Of a DNA stretch of 64,000 nt, positions 1 to 10,916 are shown piece after piece. The translations under genes and the position numbers were made by a program. The stretch is taken from positions 83,762,001 through 83,826,000 of the forward strand of contig CM069134.1 in NCBI GenBank assembly GCA_035221665.1, written 5' to 3'. The DNA comes from Okamejei kenojei (taxonomy: Eukaryota). How positions within the stretch are numbered: the first letter of the stretch is position 1; each line of letters starts with the position of its first letter. The notes below the pieces were generated by a model, which searched no databases, was not told the DNA's origin, and worked only from the letters and a program-made list of their open reading frames with translations.

Positions 1-1461
1 GTGACAACTCTCAGACATCTCCTCCTACTTATCCTTAGACCCCACTGACGAGCACCAAGCCTTAATCTCAAGCACAATTACTGACTTCATCACTTCCGAC
101 TCTGTGCCCTCCAACCTTATCGATCTCCAGCCCCGCACAGCCCGATTTTATGTTCTCCCCAAAATCCACAAACAGAACTGTCCTGGCAGACCCATTGTTT
201 CTGCTTGTTCATGCCCCACCAAATTAATTTCCTCGACTCCATCCTATCCCCCCCCGGTCCAATCTCTCCCGACCTATGTCCAAGACACCTCACACGCTCT
301 TAGTCTCCTTTAAGACTTCCATTTTCCAGGCCCCCACTCCCTCATCATTACTATGGATGCTCAGTCACTCTACACTTCCATCTCCCACCAGGAGGGTCTT
401 AAAACCCTCCGTTTCTTCCTTGACCGCAGAACCAGCCAATTTCAGTCCACCAATACTCTCCTCCGCCTAGCAGAGCTGCTCCTTACCCTCAGCAACTTCT
501 CCTTCGACTCCTCCCACTTCCAAGGTGTAGCTATGGGCACTCGCATGGGCCCTAGAAATGCCTGCCTCTTTGTAGGGTACGTCAAACAATCCCTGTTCCA
601 GGCGTAAACTGTCCCTATTGTCGAACTCCACCTCTGCTACATTGCCGACTGCATTGGTGCTACCTCCTGCACCCATGCAGAACTCACTGACTTAATCGAC
701 TTCTCCACTAATTTCCATCCTGCACTCAAATTCAATTGGACCATCTCTGACATCTCCCTACCGTTTCTAGATCTCACCATCTCCATTACAGGAAACAGAC
801 TATTGACCAACATCTACTACAAACCTACTGACTGGAGCACTCCCTTCTGGTGACCTCGGCAACGACTCCCATAGCTATCTTGACTACACTTCTTCCCACC
901 CTGCTTCCTGTAAAGAATATACCTTACTCCCAATTCATCCGTCTATGCCACATCTGTTCCCAGGATGAGGTGTTTCAAACCAGAGGTCCTCATTCTTTAG
1001 GGAACAGGGGTTTCCCTCTTCCATTACAGACAGGGCTCTCACTAGGGTCTCCTCGATATCCCACAGCTCTGCTCTTACTCCCCTTCCCCCCCCCCATTCG
1101 TAACAAGGACAGAGTCCCCCTTGTCCTCACCTTCCACCCCATCAGCTGTCGTATACAGCATATAATCATCCAAAATGTTCGCCACCTCCAACGGGATCCC
1201 ACTACTGGCAACATCTTCCCATCTCCACCCCTTTCTGCTTTCTGTAGAGACTGTTCCCTCCATAACTCCCTGGTCAACTTGCCCCTTCCCACCCAAACCA
1301 TCCATTCCCCAAGTACTTTCCCCTGCAACCGCAGGAGATGCAACACCTGTCCCTTTACCTCCCCCCCCCCCCCGACTCCATCCAAGGACCTAAACAGTCT
1401 TTCCAGGTGAGGCAGAGGTTCACTTGCACCTCCTCCAACCTTATCTACTGTATCCGCTGTT

Positions 1462-1698
1462 CATAGAAACATAGAAAATAGGTGCAGGAGGAGGCCATTT
1501 GGCCCTTCGAGCCAGCACCGCCATTCAATATGATCATGGCTGATTGTCCGCTATCAATAACCCGTGCCTGCATTCTCCTCATATCCCTTGACTCCACTAG
1601 CCCCTAGAGCTCTATCCAACTCTCTCTTAAATCCATCCAGTGATTTGGCCTCCACTGCCCTCTGTGGCAGAGAATTCCATAAATTCACAACTCTCTGG
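1462..1698 (-). mobile_element. CR1 LINE 3' end inserted in the Penelope endonuclease
   Basis: Minus-strand ORF2 C-terminus TQRVVNLWNSLPQRAVEAKSLDGFKRELDRAL, the 3' UTR, and the (TTTCTATG)n tail seen as catagaaacatagaaa at 1462. Confidence 0.9.
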
Positions 1699-2058
1699 GT
1701 CAACTTCTCTACATCGGCGAGACTAAGCGCAGGCTCGACAATCGTTTCGCTGAACACCTCAGCTCAGTCCGTCTTAACCTATCTGATCTCCCGGTGGCCC
1801 AGCACTTCAACTCCTCCCATTCCCAATCTGACATTTCTGTCCTGGGCCTCGTCCATTATCAGAGTGAGGCCCAGTGCAAATTGTAGGAATAGCACCTGAT
1901 ATTTTGCTTGGGTAGTTTATACCCCATCGGTATGAGCATTGACTTCTCTAACTTTAGATAGCCCTTGCTTTCTCTCTCCTTCCCCTTCCCAGTTCTCCCA
2001 CTAGTCTTACTGTCACTGCCTACATTCTATCTTTGTCCCGCTCCCTGCCGACAGCAGT

Positions 2059-2086
2059 CTGAAGAAGGGTCTCGACCCGAAACGTC
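2059..2086 (+). ncRNA. minimal hammerhead ribozyme-like core in Penelope tail
   Basis: CUGAAGA, an extra A, stem II GGGUC/GACCC, GAAA, then CGUC with palindromic ACGU as helix III. Helix I is only about 2 bp. Confidence 0.55.
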
Positions 2087-2493
2087 GCCCATTCCTTTTC
2101 TCCATAGATGCTGCCTCATCTGCTGAGTTACTCCAGCATTGTGTGTCCAACTGCTGTTTCTTTTTTCTAGCAATAAGCAGCAATATTACACTTCTACTTG
2201 TTCATGCCCACCAATGACATAGACCAAGATCAATTATGTTAGCATTCTGGCAATTGAACATGTGACCTTCCAATTTATATGGCTCAATTATTTACCAGGA
2301 ACAGGACCAAGCACAGCTGAATGTGTTCCCTTTTCAATTTCTTGCTGCAAACAAATGCTCCGACCCATCGAAAAAAAGGTTAACTTAGAAGACAAAGATA
2401 TCAACACAATAGCCAATAAGTAATAAGTTGGGCAGGTGATTTAAAAACTCATTTATAACATGTGCACTTTAAACTTTTGTGTGCTTGTTAGGA

Positions 2494-3772
2494 AAATGGT
2501 ACAACGATCCCAATAGGTGGGGACGCTGCGAGACGGCTGCCCTGCTAGCAGCATGTTCGTCATTTCTACTTTTAATGTTTTTTTTGAGTGTGTCCAAATG
2601 TTTGTTTTAGTGTCTCTCGGTGTGTCTTGTGTGGGGGGTGGTGAGAGGGGGGAATTGCTTCGATCGCCTCCTTGACGGAGAGGTGACTTTTTCCATGTCG
2701 CCTCACTCGCAGCCTAACACCATGGATTGGAGAGGCCTTTCCTGGAGTCGGGCCCGGAGTTTCAGCAGCCGGCGCAGCGTGGACTTTTCATCACAGAGCG
2801 GGAGAGCCCTTGCCGAGGTCACCAGAAGGGAGTGCTCCAACCGCTGGCCCGCGGACTGTTACATCCTGAAGCTGCGGTCTGCGAAGCTTCTAACCGCGGG
2901 CGCGGCGTCCGGAGCCTGGGACCCCTCATCGGGGATCCCCAGAGAAGAGCTCCGACCGCCGGCCCGCGGCCTATAACATCCTGAAGCCGCGGTCTGCAGA
3001 GCTTCTAGCCGCGGGCGCCGCGTGAACCTACCATCCGGAATGGGATGCAGGAAGATCGTTCCCGATGTTGGGGGAGTCCAGAACAAGGGGTCACAGTCTA
3101 AGGATAAGGGGGAATTCCTTTAGGACCGAGATGAGGAAAACATTCTTTACACAGAGAGTGGTGAGTCTCTTGAATTCTCTGCCACAGAAGGCCGTTGAGG
3201 CCAGTTCATTGGCTATATTCAAGAGGGAATTGGATGTGGCTCTTGTGGCTAAAGGGATCAGGGGGTATGGAGAGAAGTCAGGTACGGGATACCGAGTTGG
3301 ATGATCAGCCATGATCATATTGAATGGCCCTGCAGGCTCGAAGGGCCGAATGGCCTACTCCAGCACCTATTTTTCTATGTTTCTATGTTTCTATGATCCT
3401 TCGCCGGGGATGGCCAGAGAAGAGCTCCAACCGCCGGCCTGCGGCCTACAACATCCTGAAGCCGCAGTCTCTGGTAAGAATGCGCCGATTCGGGACCTCC
3501 AACTCGCAGAGTGTGTTCGACCGTCCCGACGAGAGGTGCTGTGCATCCGGCCGCCCGGAGCGGCGACTGCGGAGGTTTATGGCCCCCGACCACGAGTGAA
3601 CAGTGGAGGACTGACTGAACTTTGTGCCTTCCACCACAGTGAAGAATGATGTGGTGGATGTTTGTGTTAAATCTTATTGTATATTGTGTGTTATTTTTTA
3701 ATTGTACCGTTGCTGGCAAATTCATTTCACTGCACTTATATGTGTATGTGACGAACAAAACTGACTATTGAC
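2494..3772 (+). mobile_element. non-coding GC-rich retroposon with Rex1/Babar-type 3' tail, interrupted by a CR1 fragment
   Basis: Three ~110-bp internal units (AGAAGAGCTCC..CCGCGG..ACATCCTGAAGCCGCGGTCT). The 3' end tttcactgcac..tgtgacgaacaaaactgactattgac resembles the Rex1 tail at 15875-15928. Confidence 0.55.
3043..3395 (+). mobile_element. CR1 LINE 3' fragment
   Basis: ORF 3065-3304 [25 protein letters not shown] is the CR1 ORF2 end; tail ttctatgtttctatgtttctatg. Confidence 0.9.
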
Positions 3773-4504
3773 ATTTTCAGATCGCCAAGTTAATGAATGG
3801 AAATATGTTTACCAAACATACACTTAAACAACAAGAATGGTTTCTGTTAATATTAGAGCATACTACTAAATGAGATATTAATATAGCTTGATCTTTAAAA
3901 AATTGCAAAGAAATCCAAAGAATAACATCTACTCAAATTTAAAAAAAATATTTGAGCATCGCTGGACCCATTCAGATATAGCTCAATTGTGCTTGGGTTC
4001 ACTGCTATGTAAGACTGGCAAAAATGCAAGATAGTTTTGTTCTATTTTATAATAGTTACAGCAGGGCACTGCATTTAATATTTTTAATCCTGAAGCAGCA
4101 TGATCCAACAGCATTCCCCAAATATATCTGTACCCCACAATAATGTTTCAGTGGCTATAATCAGTGAGAACAGACGTCACGTTGTTTTGTAACTGACTTT
4201 TCAGATCAGCAGAGAATGAAAAGAACAAACATGCGCTGGTTATAACATTATCTCAGTTATAAGGCAACACAGATGCCCAGACCAATTTATAAAATTGATG
4301 GATGCAAGCTAGATTGGCCAGTCAAGTGTAGTCTGATCCAAGTATTTGACCTGAGGCAAATGTTTTATTTGCTGAGTGCGTACAGCAACAAAAATCCAAG
4401 AAAGAATATTCCAAGCAAAGCTTCTAAACAATCTTTAGATTTCATATAACCTAATATTTTAAGACCATATAAAAAGTTGATCAAACAAGTTAAATAATTT
4501 TTAC

Positions 4505-4890
4505 TTATACAAATAGTTACAATCTTGGAGAATCGACATCCTCAGAAATCTCTACTGCAATTACATCTTTCCTGCAATGCAGTGGTGACCAGAACTGCAT
4601 GCAATACAGAAACTGTGATCTAAAGTGTGTAGAAAGTTCCATCATAACATCAATTATATAATATTCTTTGCTTTGTCTGTAAAAGGAAAGCAGCCTGTAT
4701 GTTTTGGCAACTTTATTCATCTATTTATCTTTAGTATAAGTGGATGTTCATGCTAAGGTTCTTCGGTTCCTTCATCTTTCATTCATTGTATATTCCTTTG
4801 CCTTCTTTCACTTCTCCCAATACAGTTTTGAACTTCCCTCCTCACAATCAATTGATTTTATCATCCACAAAAGTATTTATTCTGCTCCTA
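4505..4890 (-). mobile_element. old degenerate CR1 fragment
   Basis: Minus-strand LYCMQFWSP..RKDVIAVE resembles the CR1 motif [13 protein letters not shown]. Confidence 0.6.
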
Positions 4891-4904
4891 CATACACCTC
4901 TAAA

Positions 4905-5632
4905 CACCAGGTGGCACCATCAGCAGTGGCTGCCTCGCTAACAGTCTGTCTGTCCTTTCTTCTTTTTGTTATTTTTATTATGTGTTAAAAAGTATGTTTT
5001 AGTGTTCCTTGGTTTGTTTAATGTGGAGGGTTGGGGGAAATTTTTTTTCAATCTCTTACCTCAGAGATGCGATTTTTTCCCGTATTGTATCTCCGTCTCC
5101 AATGGGGCTTAACATGGTGGAGTTAGCGGCCTTTCCTGGAGATCAACGGGTGATCCAAGCTGTGGGAGACTGCTGGTCTTTAACATCGTGGAGCACGCGA
5201 TCCCTTTGTTGGGGATTGAAGCTCTAACCGCGTGGTCTATGGACTTTAACATCGTGAAGCCCGCGGTCTCTGGTAAGAAGAGGCCGACTCGGGAGCTCCA
5301 TGACACAGAGAGAGTTTCAACCGCCCCGAAGCTGGAGTTTCGATCACCCCGACGGGGGCTTCAATTGTCGGTTGTGAGGCCTTTGATGGTCCCGACAGCG
5401 GATGATTTGACTGCCCCGACTGCGGGAGAGGTCTGAACTTTAGAGGAAGAAGACTGAACTTTATTGCCTTCCATCAGAGTGAGGAATGTGGAATCCACTG
5501 TGGTGGATGTTTATGTTATCTTTTATGTGGTTGTGAGTTGTTGCTTTTAACTTAGTATGGCTGTAAGGTAACTCAAATTTCACTGTACCTTAATTGGTAC
5601 ATGTGACAATAAACTGACCATGACACCTTGAA
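4905..5632 (+). mobile_element. second non-coding retroposon with Rex1-type tail, related to 2494-3772
   Basis: Shares aacatcgtgaagcccgcggtctctggtaagaa, gactgaacttt..gccttcca..gtggtggatgttt and the tail tttcactgtac..tgtgacaataaactgac. Confidence 0.55.
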
Positions 5633-6859
5633 ATCATCATATTATAAAAAAGTACAGTACTGACTCCTACTGATAATGGCCTTCCAGCCACAATAAACAC
5701 GTAAAACATTACCCATTGCCTCCAACCACAAACAAATGGAACCAATCGGATCCACTCTCCTTTGAAATTTGTTTTGATCAACCTGCCAAGTGGGAGCTTG
5801 TCAAAAACCTGCTGAGTTCTAGTAGATCACATCAAATGCATCAACTACACTTTTTCCAATATGAGGTACCAAGGAAAGTTAATTAATTAGTAGATATGAC
5901 CCCACCTTAGCTGATTGCTGCTGTCTCCAAAAGCTTTCTTTCGCAATGAAAACATACCATTCCTCAGAATGGATTCCAAAAAGTATGCCCAAAGCCAAAT
6001 TTGAAGCATTTGACCTACAGTTATTTTTTCCACCCTCTCTTTTTCAGTCAGTGTCCCTTTAGATCCTTCCTAAACATATTCTTGTCTAATTGCTTTTAAA
6101 CATTCTAATTTTACTCCAAGTGCAGTCTCATCAACGACTTGTACATTTGTAACATGATATCCCAACTCTTGTACTCAATCCCCTGGCCGATAAATATAGG
6201 AGTGTCAAATGCTTTCTTTACCTGTGTCACTATTTTCAAGGGTCCTTGAAGTAAAGCGATGAGACCTGTTCAGTTACTCCAGATATGATTTGAATGGGAT
6301 GGGATAGATACTGAAAAGGCCAGTGTTCCTCAAGCCATTTGGATTATTTTCCATATTTTAATTACAAATCGATAGGCAAATCTATTTGGATCTCCACTGC
6401 TAAATTCTCACTGTCAAGTACTCTCTTCAATCCTTTTCTTTATCCAAGATTGATCACATATTTAAAACAATTGAAAAAGGAAGCCAAGCAAGTCCTTGCT
6501 TGTAGAAATTTCTAATTTGTAGCATTATGTGGGACCAGTAATACCTGTCACCATAGGTACAGGTTGCCAATTGCCTTTCACGGTTAAAAGTATTTCCTGG
6601 ATTCTGAATTTACCAAATGATTACCCGTTTCTCATTATCAGAAAAGACTGAAGAAGCATCATGACTGAAAATGGAGGTAAACATAAAACAACAGATTTGT
6701 TTTCATCCTTCTCCCCCCCCCCCCCCCCCCCCCCCCCCACCCCCGTAGCTTTTCAATACCAGAAGCACCACCAAATCAAAACTGAACAGCTCCTAATGGT
6801 TAAAGTGATTTTCAAATCACAAAAAAAATCTTAAAAGCCCCCATTTAAAAGGAACATAC

Positions 6860-7448
6860 CTACTGCAGGTGCATCATATTCATCTCCAAGTAGAATTTCT
6901 GGTGCCGAATATGCAAGTGACCCACAGCTTGTTGTTAACTTCTTTCCAGGTTGAAACTTGTTGCTAAACCCGAAATCTGTAAGCTTAACAATTCCTTGAT
7001 GTTCAAAGAAAACAACATTTTCTGGCTTCAGATCCCTGTGAACAACATGCAGCTTATGGCAATAAGATATGGCATGGACTATCTGTGCAAAGTATTTTTT
7101 CGCTTGTTCTTCACTGAGACCATCTTCATGTTTCATGATGTAATCAAACATATCACCTCCATCTCCTAATTCCAGAATAAGATAAAGTTTTGTTTGAGTG
7201 TCAATTACTTCATATAAACGGACAATATTGGGATGCTGCACCAGTTTCATGCATCGGACCTCCTGGAACAAATGCCCTGTAGCAACAGAGTCAAGTTTTG
7301 TTTTATCGATGACTTTCACTGCTACTTTTTCTCCGGTGAAAACATGTCGTGCTAATTTTACAACAGCAAAATGACCCCTGCCCAGTGTTTTATCTAAATC
7401 ATATAGCCCAGCAATTTTTCCATCATATCCACGTTTAAAACCTGCCAT
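6860..7448 (-). CDS. SNRK: SNF-related serine/threonine kinase, first coding exon (kinase subdomains I-VIII, aa 1-196)
   Basis: [51 protein letters not shown] is the characteristic SNRK N-terminus. [11 protein letters not shown] and [14 protein letters not shown] are intact. Phase-1 donor G|GTATGT at 6860/6859; acceptor TTTTCCTTCTGTATTGCAG| at 7571/7570; in-frame upstream TGA at 7517-7515. Downstream exons were not found in the window. Confidence 0.97.
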
Positions 7449-7570
7449 TCTGTTATGAAAATTGGTAGTGGAAGAGTTTATATCCAGTAGTAGATAAAAT
7501 CTGTTAGTCTACAATCATTTCAAAATGTCGAAAGGACCCATTATTTTCTTGCTGTTTATTATGACGAACC
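7449..7570 (-). promoter_or_regulatory. SNRK: SNRK 5' UTR part of the start exon, with two uORFs
   Basis: 122 nt between the acceptor and the main ATG. uORF MGPFDILK* at 7541-7515 and uORF MIVD* at 7518-7504. Confidence 0.75.
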
Positions 7571-10011
7571 CTGCAATACAGAAGGAAAACATTGTTAATT
7601 CACACGTAAATACTGTTGCAGCACTGTATGAATGCTCTACAGCACAATATCATTAATGTCTGCAATAGAAACATCAATTCATACAGAAGGAAAAAGAGAA
7701 TAACAGCACTGTGAATTACCCCATTGCAATTCCAGATTAAAAATGTTATGCGCTTTTCAATTCATTGTACTCTTATCTGAAAACACGATAATTTATTTCA
7801 CAATGATGTATTTTATAATGTATATACTTGCACACAATAAAAGTGGCGAAAAAAAATTTACCCGATCAAAGTTTCAATCTATATTACTGACTGTGCAAAC
7901 AATGCTTCAAAGAACAATGCTACTCCATAGTATCATATAATATTCTGTATTGAAATGTAACAGGAAACTATTAAGTACTATAAATTTTGCAAAAGAGAGA
8001 CAATGCAACAAAAATGAAAATGAAACATCAAATGCTCTAATCGCAGGAATGACATCCAAATCATTACTAAGCTGTATTCATCAGGCACAAAACTTGTGAT
8101 GTAAAAATTACAAACCATTATGCAACACGGCAATAAAACAGAAATTAGTGGATATACTCAGGAGATCAGACTGTATGTTTATCTTCCCAAAAATAATGTT
8201 TCAGGTTATTGACCATTCATCATGATTAAACAACACTGAGAGCATGGGAGCTGGGACCATAATTGATAGAGAAAAAAACTACTGTTATACAACAACTGCC
8301 ACCTCAATGGCCTCAAAACTCTGCTCCTGTCCACACTCCACATTTCATTCAATTTTCTTGAATTAATGTTGGAGCTTGGTTTAGAAATGGCTATCTTCTC
8401 AGGCAGTCCCCTAGAATCAAGAGTGACTTAGAACCCACAGGTGTTGTAGTAAGGTAGCTAATGAGGTTAATGTAGGAACTGCAGACTCAATCTTTGGAGG
8501 GTGAAAGTGCGGAACGACGAGCGATAGTATGAAAGGTAGTGTGTCCTTCTGTTATTTATGGTGTGCTCCCAATTCATGGAAACCCCTGACCTCTTAAATT
8601 GTAGAAGTCACTTGGTCTTGAGGTCCTTAATCCCATCCTAGCATTAATAGCACACAAAAGCCCAGCCTAAAAACCAAAGGCACACAAATCACAAATACCA
8701 TTCAGTGTACAGTCACATAACTCCAACTGTGGCAAATTGCCCTCAGCAGGCACCTCAAAACTATTCAGATTTACCACCTGAGGGGAAGGAAGTTCACCTT
8801 CATCCTGAAACACGACCCAAAAAGAAATGAATTTATAATACTAATCACTTACCCCAGCAGATGTTAAGTGTTAATTCACAAACAATGGAATGTGATTTGA
8901 TACACAAAAAAAAAAAATTTGGAAAAGTATTTTGGAACAAAATTTTAATCCAAATAACCCAATTAATATTTTTTTCATGCAAATTTCCAAATGAAGGGAC
9001 ACTTCAAAACATTCTAGCACATGGCTTGTGCACACGGATTTAGATCGTCCACCCCAAGCACCAATAGCTCCAGTCAGATTTTGTCCTAATTTACAAGTCT
9101 CTTCTCAATCTCACTTATCTCATGCTTTTTTGGTCTGAAGCTCTGCCAAACTGTTTTTTCCCCTCGACTTGTTTATACCCATCCCTGTACCTCGGCACCT
9201 TTTTTCTGGAATTATCCCAACCAAGGCAACATTTGGTACTATAATTTTTGTAAGATCTAATAATCACCAGGATCACTCCTCTGATCATTTCCTGCGATAA
9301 ATTGCAACTGCCAGAGAACAATTGGGTATGGGTTTTTCCACTCATAAATATTTGCACCACCTTCCAAATCATGATTGCAGAGAATCTAAAGTTAAAGAGT
9401 CTAAATCAAAGAACAGAATATCATCTGTGCTGAACTTGTTTATTTCCTTTGGAGTATCAAAATATCTGTAAATGGATTTCAAATGAATAACTTTAAAAAA
9501 TGAAGAGTTATCAAGGATATTAAAACAATTCAGATTTACCACCTGATATGCTGCGATGTTACTAGTCTTCATAAAGATCAGTTCTTAACAAAATGTTGAC
9601 ATCACCAATGTTTTATTTTTAAGGTTTTACAATTTAAGATTACAATTATGAAAAGTGTTTAGGTGCCACAGAACTTACCAAGAATAAGGAACACCATATA
9701 AAGTTCCCTAATGAATATAATTTGAGAAAATAACTATCAAACAATCTGCACAAGTGATGTTGAAACATCAGAAGCACATTTCCTTTGGTTTGTTTTTCTG
9801 TTAAATGTCGTCATCTGTTATCACTTTGAATTTCCTAACTCTATAGTTATTTAATCTTAAAAAGTTAGCACAAATACTAAATGGTATAGCATTCAAATCA
9901 GAAATTGAATTTTTAAATCAAAAGTCATGAAGTTATGCAGCATTGAAATAGGCCCTTTCGGCCTATACTGACCAAGCTGCCTTCCATAGTTAGTACCATG
10001 ACCCTCTAAAC

Positions 10012-10245
10012 CAGAGGTTCCCAACCTTTTTCATCACATTTACCCCAGGCAACTTTAATAGCATATAACAATGTTATTTCACTTATTTATGAATAACTAA
10101 TGATGAACAGATACTGGTATACCAGAACCAAACAGTCAGTCAATGAGAAAAAATATGTACAAATCCAGAATCAACAAATTTACCCCTGGGTAGGTGAAAT
10201 TTACCCGCGGTAGGTGGTAAATTTACCCCAGGTTGGGAACCCTTG
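10012..10245. mobile_element. hAT (Charlie-like) MITE, 234 bp
   Basis: TIRs cagaggttcccaacct / aggttgggaacccttg; 8-bp TSD ctctaaac / ttccaaac (6/8); internal tttacccc repeats; sits in an old CR1 tail. Confidence 0.8.
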
Positions 10246-10916
10246 TTCCAAACCTTTCCTATCCATGAACCTGACTAAACGTTTTTCAAATGTTGTAAAT
10301 GTACACACACCTTTACCATTTCCTCTAGAAGTCATTCCTCACCACCATCCCGAGTGTGAATAACTTGCTCATCAGGTCCTTTCATGTTTAAAGGCTGCTT
10401 GGATCCTTATCAATTCCAGATTTACAAATAATGAGCTGGTATACTGCCAACCAATTTAGAAATATTTTTCAATGACTTTGAGTCATCACATTTACCTGAA
10501 AATGTTCAATTTGCCTCTTTTTGCAAAAGTTCAAGCAGACTCGAGGAACTACCAGCACTTTCATGAAGAATAGTGGTGCGATAATCAAACTCTGCACATT
10601 CCAAAATACTATTTTCAGAAATAACAAATATTTTGCTCCACACAGATTTTAAGCCAATCTACACAAACAATACTCTTCTAGTCTTTCTCAATGAACTGGT
10701 TATATATTACTCATAACAAAATCAAAATTTGTAATACAAACACATATATTTACACATGTGGTTTACAGTCATGAAATTTGCTTTAATTATAGGTCTGAGG
10801 GTGGCTTATAGGTCACTATTCTTGACCAAATATTTCTGAATATCCCTGTCCTATTGTTAATAGACTGGAACTATTTGCACTCAGTAATTATTTTCTCACT
10901 GTGATTTTTGACACTA

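Larger units (their letters stand above)
1..2150 (+). mobile_element. Penelope-like retroelement (frameshifted RT plus GIY-YIG endonuclease, 3' tail), 5' part outside the window
   Basis: ORF fragments FYVLPKIHKQNCPGRPIVSAC, DAQSLYTSISH and GVAMGTRMGP are PLE RT motifs. The CNRRRCNTCP linker and LIYCIRC..QLLYIGETKRRL..RFAEHL (GIY-YIG) are split by a CR1 insertion. The tail carries CTGAAGAAGGGTCTCGACCCGAAACGTC. Confidence 0.9.

Noticed and set aside
6831-6859. C-terminal GMFLLNGGF of the 205-aa SNRK ORF
   Set aside because: Read-through into the intron past the GTATGT donor; SNRK should continue with the subdomain IX D-x-W-S motif in a later exon.
8847-8860. Minus-strand GG|GTAAGT donor as a possible extra non-coding SNRK exon
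   Set aside because: No convincing acceptor found upstream on that strand; unsupported without RNA data.
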